A program made the translations under genes and the position numbers. Shown here one piece after another: positions 23,936 through 36,151 of a stretch of 64,000 nucleotides of DNA (position 1 is the stretch's first letter; each line of letters opens with the position of its first letter). Origin of the DNA: Octopus sinensis (lineage: Eukaryota). The notes below the pieces were generated by a model, which saw nothing but the letters and a program-made list of their open reading frames with translations, was not told the origin of the DNA and ran no database searches. Location: the NCBI RefSeq assembly GCF_006345805.1, contig NC_043003.1, positions 93,682,001 to 93,746,000 on the forward strand, in the 5' to 3' direction.

Positions 23936-25153
23936 TAATATCGTGGTCACAGGTGTGGCTGTGGTTCAGAAGCTGGCTTTTCAATTGTGTGGTCTCAGAT
24001 TCAGTCCAAAGGTAACTGTTGATTTATCTAAGATTAGTTTCAACTATCCTATCACATACTGACTACCTCAATTACCTTCTCTTCTTACATTTCTGCCAAA
24101 AGTATGCCTACACTACACACCCATCACTGTCACCTACCATAGCAAACTTGAACTTTTGTTTCTTGCCAGTGAGGAATTTAGCAAAGACTTCCCTCAGTCT
24201 TACTTTATGCACACATGTCTACATACCATTGCTATAGCATTTTTAGTAATCTTGCCAGTCCTTCCTTTCCTTGTGCCAACATTGATTTTGGTGGCCCTGA
24301 AATTGTGGACTTAGGAGGAAGAGTGGGGAAACAAATGTGGAACTGTTGTCAGCACCTGCAAGTAAGATTTGTGTGAACTTACCAGCTGGTAGAGGGCTCT
24401 GGTACACAATTTACTCAATGAATTACAATTTCCTCAATCCTGTACACCATCTAGTGAGCACACAAGTTGACTACAGTGTGATTAGGACTCAGAATGTAAG
24501 AACCTGAAAGATATGCCAATAAGTATTTCATCTGACATACTAGTGATTCTACCAGCTATATATATACTTTATATAATTAGGGTTCAGTGAAACAAATTTG
24601 CTTTGCCACATACCGAACTTTTAGAAATAGCAGCCAAAGAATTTAGCTAAAGTAATGTTTAAGTTTACCGTAAATGGTCCTTTTAACATACTGAACACTG
24701 CTTGGTAAAATTATTAATTACTAATTAATTAATTTTACCCATTATTATTATTGATATATATATATATATATACACACACACATACATACATACACATATA
24801 TTATTGTTGTCATCGTGATAATCATCATTATCACATGCTGGCATAAGTTTAATGAAACTTGCTCAAGCAGTTCTATCACCTGCTTTCCATGTAAGGTATT
24901 TTCCTTTGACTGTTTCAACTGAAACTATAGACTTTTGCTTACTGGAGTATATAAAGAAACAGAATTCCTTTTATTGCCAGGTGGTGTTAATGACATGCAG
25001 ACAAAACATTCATAATACACACACACATAATGATCTCCTATGCAATGGGCTTCCTCCTAGTTTCCATCAACTAATTGCATTCACAGCATGAAGCTTTAAT
25101 AGAAGACATTTATCCAAGGTGCTATGCAATGGCTCCTGCACAGACCCATACAA

Positions 25154-25206
<53 letters not shown>

Positions 25207-25209
<3 letters not shown>

Positions 25210-25512
25210 GAGGCGCAATGGCCGAGTGGTTAGGGCAGCAGACTTGCGGTCGTAGGATCATGGTTTTGATTCCCACACTGGGTGTTGTGAGTCTTTATTG
25301 AGCGAAAACACTTAAAGCTCCACAAGGCTCCAGCAGGGGGTGGTGGCGATCCCTGCTGTACTCTTTGCCACAACTCTCTCTCTCTCACTCTTTCTTCTGT
25401 TGGCCTGCTCACTTAGCCAGAGGAGTGGCATCACTTGAAGACTAAAACAATGCAAAGCACATTGTGACCAGCGATGTGTAGCAACATCTGATAGCCTGGT
25501 CGGTCACGTGAT
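25207..25512 (+). mobile_element. SINE family D (tRNA-like head GGAGGCGCAATGGCC…GTGG), tail variant 1
   Basis: Head shared with 36152-36537; tail shared with about 26100-26170 (reverse). Confidence 0.8.
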
Positions 25513-28500
25513 ATCATCATCATCATCATTTAACGTCCGCTTTCCATGCTAGCATGGGTTGGACGGTTCAACTGGGGTCTGGGGAGCCCGAAGGCTGCAC
25601 CTGGCCAGTCAGATCTGGCAGTGTTTCTACAGCTGGATGCCCTTCCTAACACCAACCAGTAGGGTGTGATGAAACTATGTGCTATCTAGCAGGTCAAGCG
25701 TATTGTCTTTGCATGCCCAAAACCACACAAACATGTTGAATAAGGTTGTATATAACTTCATTTCAGTCAATGTTGCTTGTTGCAGCATTAATTGATTTAA
25801 TCCAGTTTGACACTGCTTTTCACACATCAGCAAATGTTACAATAGGATTGACCATCACTTAGTGGCCATGAATGATGGCTTGGTATACATAACTGATGAA
25901 CGTAATGACACAGAAACACATGCATCCCATGTTTTGGTGATATAATTCTTAGCCAACTGGTAACCTTACACTCATTTTATCAATAATGAAATTTTCTTCT
26001 CAAGTGACAACTTGTGCAGTGTATTGTCTTTCCATGTCCAAAAGTACATGAATATGTATAGCACATAATCATGTGATCGTCCAGAGTATCCGATGCAGTT
26101 ATATATCACTGGTCACAATGCACTTTGCATTGTTTTAGCTCTCAAATTACGCCATCCAGTTGGCTAAGGAAGCAAGTCAACAGTACTCCTGATCAGAAGG
26201 CTATTCTGTTGCAGGTTATCCATTTACAGCTGAGTGGACTGAAGTAATGCAAAATGAAGTGTTTTGCTCAAGAACACATGCCACCCCATCCGGTAACTAA
26301 ATCTATGATCTAGCAATTGTGAGTGCAACAGCCTAACCACTAGGCCATATGCCCAGATATATATATATATATATAATATATGTGTGTGTGTGCGTACATT
26401 ATATATATATATATAGTTGCCATGATAGATCGTTAGCCACTACACACATTTTTCTCTCCTTTCTGTAGAAGAGCATAGGCTCGAAACGTAAGACTTTTTC
26501 TATTCCTGAGCGTTATACTAATACATCTGTTTGTTTTGTACACCATTTGTCTTCGTCTTTTGTTTTTTCGTAAACTCTCCCTATATATATATATATACAC
26601 AACACACACACATGCATATATATACATACACACTTTACTGGTTTTTGCTGCCATGCCAAGACACTGCTTGAAGGGCCAAGTCAATGAAATTACTCTCAAT
26701 CCTTATTTAAGTCTGGCATTCATTTTATTAGTCCTTATTTTGCTGAACCAATAAGTTACAAGGCTGTAAACAATCACTAATTGACAAGCAGTAAAATACA
26801 AGAGAGAGAGAGAGAGACATATAAATACAATGGGCTTCTGCACAGTTTCTGTTTACTAAATTCACTCAGAAGGCCTTGGTTTATTTAGGGGTTATAGTAG
26901 AAGACACTTTGTCCAATGAGCTGAGGTTGTGTTAGCAAAAGTCATTTAATAAAATTTTAAATGTTAGCCTCTGCTCTCACAATATCAATACTTGCATGGA
27001 CCAGATAGAAATTTGTTGAGCCAGATTTTCTATGGCAGGTTACCCTTCTTGTCACCAACTCTCACCCTGTTTCCAAGTAACGTAATATTTCCCCATGGAT
27101 AAACATATTTTGACAGAAGTCTGGAAATGATTGACACTGCTTGTATGGTGGTGATACTCATTTACAATTATTATGTGGTGTCAATATAAGAGATATAACT
27201 AAGGCAATCAATTGGCAAAAATTGTTAGCATGCCAGGCAGAATGCTTAGTGGCATTTCATCCAATTGTATGTTCTGAGTTCAAATTCTGTCATGGTTGAC
27301 TTTTCCTTTTAAGCTTTCAAGGTTGATAAAATAAATAGTTGAAAACTGAAGTCAATGTAATCAACTGTTCCACTTTACCATAAAATTGCTGACCTCATGT
27401 CAAAATATGAAATCTGTTTAGGAGACATAACTGCATACACACACACACAAACTATGGGCTTCTTTCGGTTTCCATCTATCAAATCCAGTAACAAGGCTTT
27501 GGTTGGCATAGCGATTATAGTAACAGACACTTGCCTAAAGTGTCACACAGGGACTGAACCTGAAACCACATGGTTGGGAAGTAAAATACTTAATCATACA
27601 GCCATGTCTCATTACTTGTCTGTAAATCTCAGTGATTTTGAATGGATGCACATAAAAATTATTTAATGAAGAGTAACAAGAAAAAAAACGACAACACGAT
27701 TATTTCTTTTTATAGAAAATAATGGTAATAAGAAAATATTTAATCTTTAAATATCTGTAAAAATTGGTCATATATGTAATTTGAAGGAAGAATATTTTGT
27801 TCAAGGTTTTTACATTGATAGAGTTTAAATTATTATCAATTCATCAATTTATAAAGAAATTTAAATAACGAGTATTGAATCCATGATGCGCAAGCAGAAA
27901 AGTGTAGATGTATTTACAAATACTTTAAAAATTTGTTTTATCATATATTATCATAAGAGATTTGTCATATTTATAGTATTTTTTAAACTTGCTTCTCCAT
28001 ACAAGCACAAAAAGGTGTTTTTGGGTGGTTTTTTTTTTGTTTTTTCGTCTTTGAAAATTTAAACATTTGCATATTATTGAAGCGATTGCTCCCTTTCTTG
28101 ATAATCACTGAAACGAGAGGTAGGTATACAATCTCGTGAAACCTGGCAAACGCTGAACAAAGTTAGTCTTTGTCCAAGGGACATAACTCATGGCACTAAG
28201 CTGTCAGAATTATTATGAATTGTTTTTAATTTAGACTAAAATTAAATAATTGCTTAAAAACTAATAATTACTTTTAAGTAGATGCCTGGCAATTTTTATT
28301 ACATCAAAGTCTATTTGGACTAACTTTGGTGTACTAATAATAACTTTCGAAAAAAAAAAAATGTAATGTCAGCTCCATCAAAATTTAGACTTAGAATATA
28401 GGACGAATGAAACTAAAAACTGAAAAACTGAAGTACAGCATTCTATTATCTCTTCCAGCTGAACGAGATTAGAGAAATAATTGAAAAAAGAAACAAAAGA

Positions 28501-29049
28501 CTGCCATATCATTTTCATACCGTAAGTGATTTCGTAACTCCGAGCATGTCACAGAGCTTTTGTTCCTATATACCATTAATTTATTACACTTTTTATAATG
28601 AGTCTTACAGTCTAATCATAACGTATGATACTTTTCTTTGCACCTCGCTGCTCAGATTACTCCATATGGTTGTTATCTGCTTTAAACCATGTTGGTTACA
28701 AATGATGTAAGTTATTTCTGCCAATACCAGTAAGTATATCACTATATGTATTAGTAACACTGTTGCATCACTGTAAACTAGGGTTTTTGGATTCATATGT
28801 ACCATGTTCCTGGCAAAAATTCACTTCAGTCTTCATTTAACTGTAGTCATGCTTCATGGGTTAAAACCAAATTTTCAGCTGGAATACGAAGAAGACATTT
28901 ATTTTAACTGCAGTTAAGCTTCATAGGATAAAACCAGAAGGTTTTTCTTCTGGAATATGAAGAAGAGATTGTGAATAATAAAGGTCAACTGTTACAACCA
29001 ACCAGTAAACAATTGAAGAATATGAAGAGGTGAGCGAGATATATTTGGG

Positions 29050-29181
29050 TTAAACTATATACTTCTGTGGTTCTTGTCTTGCTGTGGAAGATTTGCTGCT
29101 TTTCTTCTTGTTCGATGACTGTCTGCTGACATTTCGAGATGTTGAACGTCGATGCAGGAATCTCCTATGCCATGATTCAAT
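29050..29181 (-). CDS. GNPTAB: GNPTAB last coding exon R: cytoplasmic tail (IESWHRRFLHRRSTSRNVSRQSSNKKKSSKSSTARQEPQKYIV*)
   Basis: ttatttcaag| acceptor in phase 0 after exon Q; basic tail; stop TAA. Confidence 0.85.
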   Translation of the reverse strand: MESWHRRFLHRRSTSRNVSRQSSNKKKSSKSSTARQEPQKYIV

Positions 29182-29899
29182 CTTGAAATAAATAGAAAAT
29201 AAAAAAATAAGTAAAAAATATACTTTTAATTCATTTCATTGTAGCTAAAAGCATTGAGACAACCAGCTTGGTAGTAGTAAATTAAGAAACTAATTAACTC
29301 TACCACCTACGAACAGAGAATGTTCTTCCAACAGGTTCCATATAGTTTCCTCAATGTATTTCATTTACAAGGTTCTGATAATTGCCATTTGTCCAAGTTC
29401 TCATGCAGTAGAATAAAACCTTGAACTACATGGTAGAAAAATAAACTTGTTTTAACCAGGCATTCATGATTATACTTATGTTTACTCTACCATACATCAA
29501 ATCTGGCGATAACTTTAGCAAATGTTGAAATCCTGATCATTAATTTGCTTGAAGCCAGTTTTTATATTTGGATTTGAATTTTAGTGCAAAGTTCTATAAC
29601 ACCAAGATGAAATGTGTTTATGTATTTGAAAGCTCTAGGTCCAATTTAAACCAATTATACTTTCAAATAGATAAATACATTCAACCATGATGTACTGAGA
29701 AATTATGAATTAAAACTCAAATCTAATGAGAAAACTTGTTTCAAGAAAATGAATGATCTGAATTGCAACTTAACCAAAATTTTATACAGCTTGGTGTATC
29801 ACATGGGAATATTATCACAATAATACAAGCACATAGTTATTTTCATTTAGTTAACCCTCTGAAAGGAAATCAAATATAAATATATAAATAGATGCTTAC

Positions 29900-29990
29900 T
29901 CGGTCAGAACAGAAGGATAGGAGTGCTAACATCACCAAAATGATCAAAGTTAAATATGTCCAAAACCGGAGCCAGTTTCGATATTTCTGC
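29900..29990 (-). CDS. GNPTAB: GNPTAB exon Q: C-terminal TM helix (QKYRNWLRFWTYLTLIILVMLALLSFCSDR)
   Basis: ctattttag| and |gtaagc; human [30 protein letters not shown]. Confidence 0.95.
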
Positions 29991-30379
29991 CTAAAATAGA
30001 AACAGTTAAGAATATTTCAGGAGTATTTTTTGCTTTTACTTTGACAGCCAAACTCTAAAGGAACCTACAAACTAAAATTTAGAACAATGCTAACATATTT
30101 AATGTAGTGAATATTAAAAAGCTGTAAGGTGGTGAGCTGGCAGAATCATTAGACTACTAAACAAAATGCTTAATGTCATTTCATATCTTTATGTTCTGAT
30201 TTCAAATTCTGCTGAGGTTGATTTTGCCTTTCATTCTCTTGGGTCAATGAAATAAATACCAATTTATGACGGGTCAATGTTATCGACTTACACAATCCTC
30301 AAAATTGCTGGCCTTGTGCCAATATTTGAAACCAATATTAAAAAGCTAATGAACTGAAAGTATAGTAGCCAGAATATAG

Positions 30380-30851
30380 GTAAGGCAGAAAATGGTCTAG
30401 GAGCAATCACCTTTGCTAGCAACAGAAGGATTCTTCTTTGAGTAAAGAGTAGACTGTATTGCTTGTGTATGAAGTGAAATGGTGTACAGTGATGAAATAT
30501 GGGTACTAAATGCAAAAAATATGCAAAGATTGGAGAGAAATGAATAGGCATGCTCTACTGGATAAACTAGGTATAAGAGTTATCACTTGTGGTGTGTAAG
30601 TACAAAGGCTGCATTATTACAGACATATAATGTCTAGGGATGATAACAGATAGGCAAAGAAGTGGCAAGAGATTCAAATGGAAGGAAACTGTGGAAGAGA
30701 GAGACTAAGGAAAGTATGGGTAGAGGTAATAAAACGTATTCACAAGATGTTGGCCCTTTACAAAGATGACAAAGGAATGCAACAAATGAAGAAAAACAGG
30801 GTTTGAAAGGACCCAAGCAGTCACATGAAGGCAGATGTAAAAATGATGATA
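30380..30851 (+). mobile_element. RTE-clade LINE 3' fragment with (GAT)n tail
   Basis: Decayed YSDEIWVLNAKNMQRLERNE (GSETW…RLERNE) and QMEG…GRG..KT motifs; ends acccaagcagtcacatgaaggcagatgtaaaaatgatgat. Confidence 0.7.
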
Positions 30852-31029
30852 CTGATAAATATTTAATTAACTCTAGAAAAGTGAAACACTGGCCCAACAC
30901 TGACAATGCATATCCAGAGAATTGTTAAAACAATTATTTTACTTTTGATCATTCACTGTGGCAAATGTTCCAATTCATGGGCAAAAGAATTTGGTTGATC
31001 CAAGTTTATTAGACAATTTGAATGCTTAC

Positions 31030-31142
31030 CATTCAAGAAGTTCATGTAAATGAAGGAAACGATTCCGGTATTCTTTTGGGAGCTCAAAATGTGATTGCAT
31101 TGGAAACATTGATTCAAAAAAATCATTTAAAATAGCTTTGAC
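31030..31142 (-). CDS. GNPTAB: GNPTAB exon P ([38 protein letters not shown])
   Basis: ttcttctag| and |gtaagc; human [38 protein letters not shown]. Confidence 0.97.
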
Positions 31143-32084
31143 CTAGAAGAAAAAAAAAAAAAACCAAATAGAAATCAGTAAATTGGTAGCATATTTTGTT
31201 AGTTAAGATCATGGAAAATGAACAAAACAAAACACTGTTATTGGCAGAATTAAAGTGAAAGTTTTTATGAATCCCAATGATGCAGTGTCTATATCAGGTT
31301 TCTGTAGTTTTGAGTGGATTAATGAATGTGAGACAAATTGTACCAGTCAGTGGAGTGAACATTAGTTCATTGTTGGTAGATGCTGCAGAAGGAATTGATT
31401 TCCGCATTGAAAACCAATGGATCAGTTGAGTCCACAGTGTTCCAGCTGCTGCTGCCAACAACAATGAATTATATCAGCTGTGATATTTAAAACTGGGTGA
31501 ATTTAGCTATTTAAGATCAAGTGTCTTTACTATTGGGCAGAACAATGACAATACGAACTACCAAACTATTAGCTGGTTGCTCATTTGTCCTTCCAACTTG
31601 CCCATTTATACTTTAAATTGCAAGAATAGCTTTCACTGGAAGTGATAATAGCCTTGTTCCTATTAATACATGATTTGCTAAAACTTCAGCTAAAGCCAAA
31701 TGAATAATTAGAATGTTCTTCAAAATGTGGCCATAACATACTTTATCAAAAGGTTACAGTCAGTCCTTGGCAGAGGTATTTAACATTACTGTAGTCCGAG
31801 ACATTTAGCAGTTGATAGCTACAGGGAAATGGAGAATACAACCTTCTAGTTTAGGCAATGGAAGTAGATTAAAACTAATGAGTATTTTGCTACTTAAGAG
31901 TGCTGAGTTCAAATCTTGCAATTGACAAAACCCTGTGAGACTGGCCTTTCCAACCAGATAAATAAATTGTTTTGCAACAGACACCATGGCAGCTTGGATA
32001 AAACAAAGTCCTTGTCTACAAATGCAGACATTTTTCAGACACAAGTAATAATATACTCAAGAAACAAATAGTTAGGTACGGAAG

Positions 32085-32536
32085 CCAGTTAGCCGCTCTG
32101 GCATCTGAGCATGATCGTTGCCAGAGTGACTAACTGGCTTCAGTGCTGGTAGCACATAAAAAGTACCATTCGAGCGTCATCGCTACCAGCATTGCCTTAC
32201 TGGCACTTGTACCAGTGGTACTGGCATGTGATAAAAAATCATCCGAGTGAAGTTGTTGCCAGTGCCGTTGGACTGGCTCCTGTGCAGGTGGCACGTAAAA
32301 AAAAAACACCATTTGAACGTGGCCGTTGCCAGTACCGCCTAACTGGCCCTAATGCCGGTGGCATGTACAAGCACCCACTACACTCTCGGAGTGGTTGGCA
32401 TTAAGAAGGGCATCCAGCTGTAGAAACTCTGCCAGATCAAGATTGGAGCCTGGTGCAGCCATCCGTTTCGCCAGTCCTCAGTCAAATCATCCAACCCGTG
32501 CTAACATGGAAAGTGGATGCTAAACGATGATGATGA
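32085..32536 (+). mobile_element. SINE family A long copy
   Basis: Several internal units plus body and tail. Confidence 0.9.
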
Positions 32537-32539
32537 CTA

Positions 32540-32760
32540 ATATCTAGCATTTAGATTACTCTGCCAAATGCAATGCATTTTTATTCACAATGTTTTGAAT
32601 TAATCATGCATTATCTCATGGTTTTGGGATTTCGATGGTGTAATTTATTTTTAGAATTACTTTGTAAGGTATGTGTGAGAGGACAGATCTGGACAGTTTG
32701 AACATAAAACTGGTACAATATTTGGGTCGGATATGGCTGGTCTAAATGCTACAGGGTTAA
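32540..32760. mobile_element. TTAA-type MITE family 2 (second copy about 47953-48194)
   Basis: Both copies share the internal attcacaatgttttgaattaatcatg…gtttgaaca sequence and end …aaagggTTAA. Confidence 0.55.
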
Positions 32761-33581
32761 AATACATGGAAAAAAATGGACAGATATAACCAACACATTA
32801 ACAAAAGAACCATCCTACAAGAATATAGCATGGCTATGTGGTTAAGCGGCTTACTTCACAACCATATGGTTTGGGTTCAGTCCCATTGCATGGCACCTTG
32901 AGCAAGTGTCACCAACTATAGCCCTAGGTTAACCAAAAACTTGTAAGTGGATTTCATTGATGGAAACTGAAAGAAACCTATTAGGTATTCTTTTGTGTTT
33001 CAGTCATTTGACTATGGCTATGCTGGAGCATTGCCATCTAATTGAAGAAATTGACCCCAGGACTTAAAGCCTGGTACTTATTCTATCAGTCTCATTTGCC
33101 AAACTGCTAAATTATGAGGACATAAACAAACACACAAATATATATACATATATATATATATATACACAAAGGGCTTCTTTTAATTTCCATCTACAAATCC
33201 ACTCACATGGCCTTGGTTGGGAACCTGCCCAAGGTTCCACACAGTGGGACTGAACCCAGAACCACCATCATCATCATCATCATCGTTTAATGTCTGCTTT
33301 CCATGCTGGCATGGGTTGGACGGTTTGACTGAGGCAGAGTTTCTACAGCTGGATCCATGTGGTTGGAAATATATATTTATAATTTATGCGCACAATTTCA
33401 ATACCAAAATTTGGTTGAAAGTATGAGTGTCAAGGATTTTATCAAATTTAGCATGGTTGATAATTTATAGTTGCAAGGACAGTAGCAGATGAAGGAACTT
33501 CATAGTATTATCAGTAGTAGTAGTGGCTACAAAAAATAGTGCCATTTCAGTTTATGAAACCCAGAAGTTGAATGTACTTAC

Positions 33582-33636
33582 CATTTTGGCTTCTGCCAAT
33601 GAATGGTCGATATTATCATTTAGGCAGATGAACTTT
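33582..33636 (-). CDS. GNPTAB: GNPTAB exon O: Stealth CR4 (KFICLNDNIDHSLAEAKM)
   Basis: aattgcag| and |gtaagt; human KFVCLNDNIDH. Confidence 0.97.
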
Positions 33637-34085
33637 CTGCAATTAAAATACAGAAACAAACATTAGAATAGAATAAGTAATTTTCTTGTAATATCATACA
33701 AGGATTCTTCAGAGACGAGGAATTGAGTATGGAGACAAAATATCAGTACAAATGCTATACTCGGATATGAAGACATTATCAGAAAGCAATTCATTTTAGG
33801 AATGTTAAGTAATATTGAGAAACAGTAGCCATAAAGGTCAAAATGTTAGAGAACTTACCATTCATATCACTTACTATTGTCATTGAAGAAGGTATAATAT
33901 ATCTGTTTGCTTCATTTCAGTTTGTTTAGCTGACAATAAATCCCATACTTACTTCATGACTGAGAAATTAACTGGAGAAAAAAAACACTCACCAATGGAA
34001 GTATTTACTCCAATAGATATTTACTAAAAAAAAAAAAAAATACAAACCCCATCCAGACTCATCATCATCATCATCGTTTAATGTC

Positions 34086-34291
34086 CGCTTTCCATGCTAG
34101 CATGGGTTGGACGATTTGACTGAGGTCTGGCGAACCAGATGGCTGCACCAGACACCAATCTGATCTGGCAGAGTTTCTACCGCTGGATGCCCTTCTGTAG
34201 AAACTCTGCCAGATCAGATTGGAGTCTGGTGCAGCCATTTGGTTCGCCAGACCTCAGTCAAATCGTCCAACCCATGCTAGCATGGAAAGCG
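34086..34291. repeat. Fold-back inverted duplication of SINE family A: 95-bp arms, 16-nt loop
   Basis: 34086-34180 vs reverse complement of 34197-34291: 2 mismatches. Confidence 0.95.
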
Positions 34292-34355
34292 AACAGCATG
34301 GATAAATAATTAATAAATGAATAGAAAAATAGGAAAATAAAAACAAGAGACTAAC

Positions 34356-34454
34356 TTCGGATGTTTGCGTATGTCATCGAGCTGTGCAACAACTAATGAA
34401 ATGTTGGTCTTTATCATCTTGAAAGCAATTTCTCCATCTCCACTAGTCACATGT
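34356..34454 (-). CDS. GNPTAB: GNPTAB exon N ([33 protein letters not shown])
   Basis: cttgcccag| and |gttagt; human [27 protein letters not shown]. Confidence 0.97.
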
Positions 34455-34646
34455 CTGGGCAAGAAAAAACAAACAAATAAACATTACAAATGGTTTACAA
34501 ACTTTTTTAATGATACAAATTCCTATAGTATATCTTATTATGTTCAATTCAGCATGTATATTCGTTCACCTCATTGAACCAGAATGAGGGCAATTTTGCT
34601 CCATACAACGGTTTGCAGTCCAAGAGAGAAGGAAATGAGAAATTGT

Positions 34647-34905
34647 GATCATCATCATCATCATCGTTTAGCATCTGCTTTCCATACTAGCATGGGTTGG
34701 ACGGTGCAACTGGTGTCTGAGAAGCCAGAAGGCTGCACCAGGCCCAGTCTGATCTGGCAATATTTCTACGGCTGGATGCCCTTCCTAACGCCAACCACTC
34801 CATGAGTGTAGTGGGTGCTTTTTACATGCCACCAGCACAGGTGCCAGACGAGGCTGGCAAATGGCCACGAGCGGATGGCGCATTTTACGTGCCACCGGCA
34901 CGGTG
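34647..34905 (-). mobile_element. SINE family A copy
   Basis: (CAT)n plus family A body. Confidence 0.9.
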
Positions 34906-35262
34906 ATGGCTTTACTCTTTGTAGCTGAATTAGTGAAAGTGTCTGGGATGTATTTGTTATTTTACCCTTAGATCTAAGTAGATTTATGACTGGTAGGTAT
35001 TTGGTTTATCACTAGGTACATTATCAATTTGGTGAGTTTTCAGTTACTTAAATAAAAAAAGAAAAGAAAAAGTGTATAAGGGAAGGACAAACAACTATAA
35101 ATGTAGTGATTCTAGCATTTTGTATGTAAATATACAAATTTACAAAAGCCTTCTTACTTATCTAATGTCACAATATTGCTGAAAACATTTTTTAATGTTT
35201 TTATTTTTAAGAAATTTAAATAAATTTAAATAAATTTGAATCTATTTTATTGAAATACTTAC

Positions 35263-35348
35263 TTATATTTTGGTTTGGGTTTAAAACTTTTCTGAATAAG
35301 CTGCTGGATTTCTGGACAAGTTAGAAAAAACTCCCGGTTCACTTGGGG
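35263..35348 (-). CDS. GNPTAB: GNPTAB exon M (PQVNREFFLTCPEIQQLIQKSFKPKPKYK)
   Basis: atttttcag| and |gtaagt; human [29 protein letters not shown]. Confidence 0.92.
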
Positions 35349-36151
35349 CTGAAAAATTTCCCAAATATAAGCTGATGTGAATTAAGGTAGAAATTTTAAT
35401 TGTAAGACATAAGAACACGAGGGGAAATTGAGAGATGGACCCATCAACATAGTATTAAAGATGTCAAATAAATGAGAGAGAGAGAGAGACAAAGAGAGTA
35501 AGAAAAAGAAAAAGAGAGATGAAAGAGAGAAAAAGAAAGTGAAACTACAAGAGATGTGCTGGCAGCTTGTGATAACTACAGAATATATAAATTGAGTAAA
35601 GCATTTCAAGTACTGTTAAAGACGAAGAGCAGATTAAGCCAAACATGAAGAAATATGGTAGTGAGTAGATTTTTAATGTTAGGATACATGGACACAAAAG
35701 AAAAGCAAAAACAAAGCAATAAAATCATGTAAAATGTACATGTTTCTACATGGAAATAAATTGCTTGCATGTGTTATAGCAGCCAAATCTCTCTTAAACC
35801 ATGCCAACCACCTTAAAAGAAGGAAGGACACACTAGAGAAAAGAACATATTAGATAGACTTGGTAGGAACATCTTTCACCATACGTCTGCTTAATGATTT
35901 TACCTGGGGTTTAACAACAACAACAACGACAAAACACACAAATTGGGTATCTGACCTTCACGTCTTACCAAGATCTGCGAGAGCTGGTTTAATGAACAAA
36001 ATAAAAATAAATATATAAAAAATTTGTTTAAATGGTGTTGGAGAACAAAATGAAAAGAACTTGCATCATATAAGGATGACAGTAAAGTTAAAAAAAAAAG
36101 AATTACAGCATTAGTGAAGCAGGATTGCAGTTTGTAGAAGCAGCACAGAAG

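Noticed and set aside
28459-28521. Resemblance of LNEIREIIEKRNKRLPY to a lipoxygenase C-terminus
   Set aside because: Spacing is off, the terminal metal-ligand motif is absent and no other lipoxygenase exons were found; kept only as a low-score exon-like finding
28605-28805. 66-aa minus-strand ORF with a hydrophobic stretch downstream of the GNPTAB stop
   Set aside because: It does not match the GNPTAB TM exon (found at 29900-29990), has no recognisable homology, and hydrophobic ORFs are common in AT-rich UTRs
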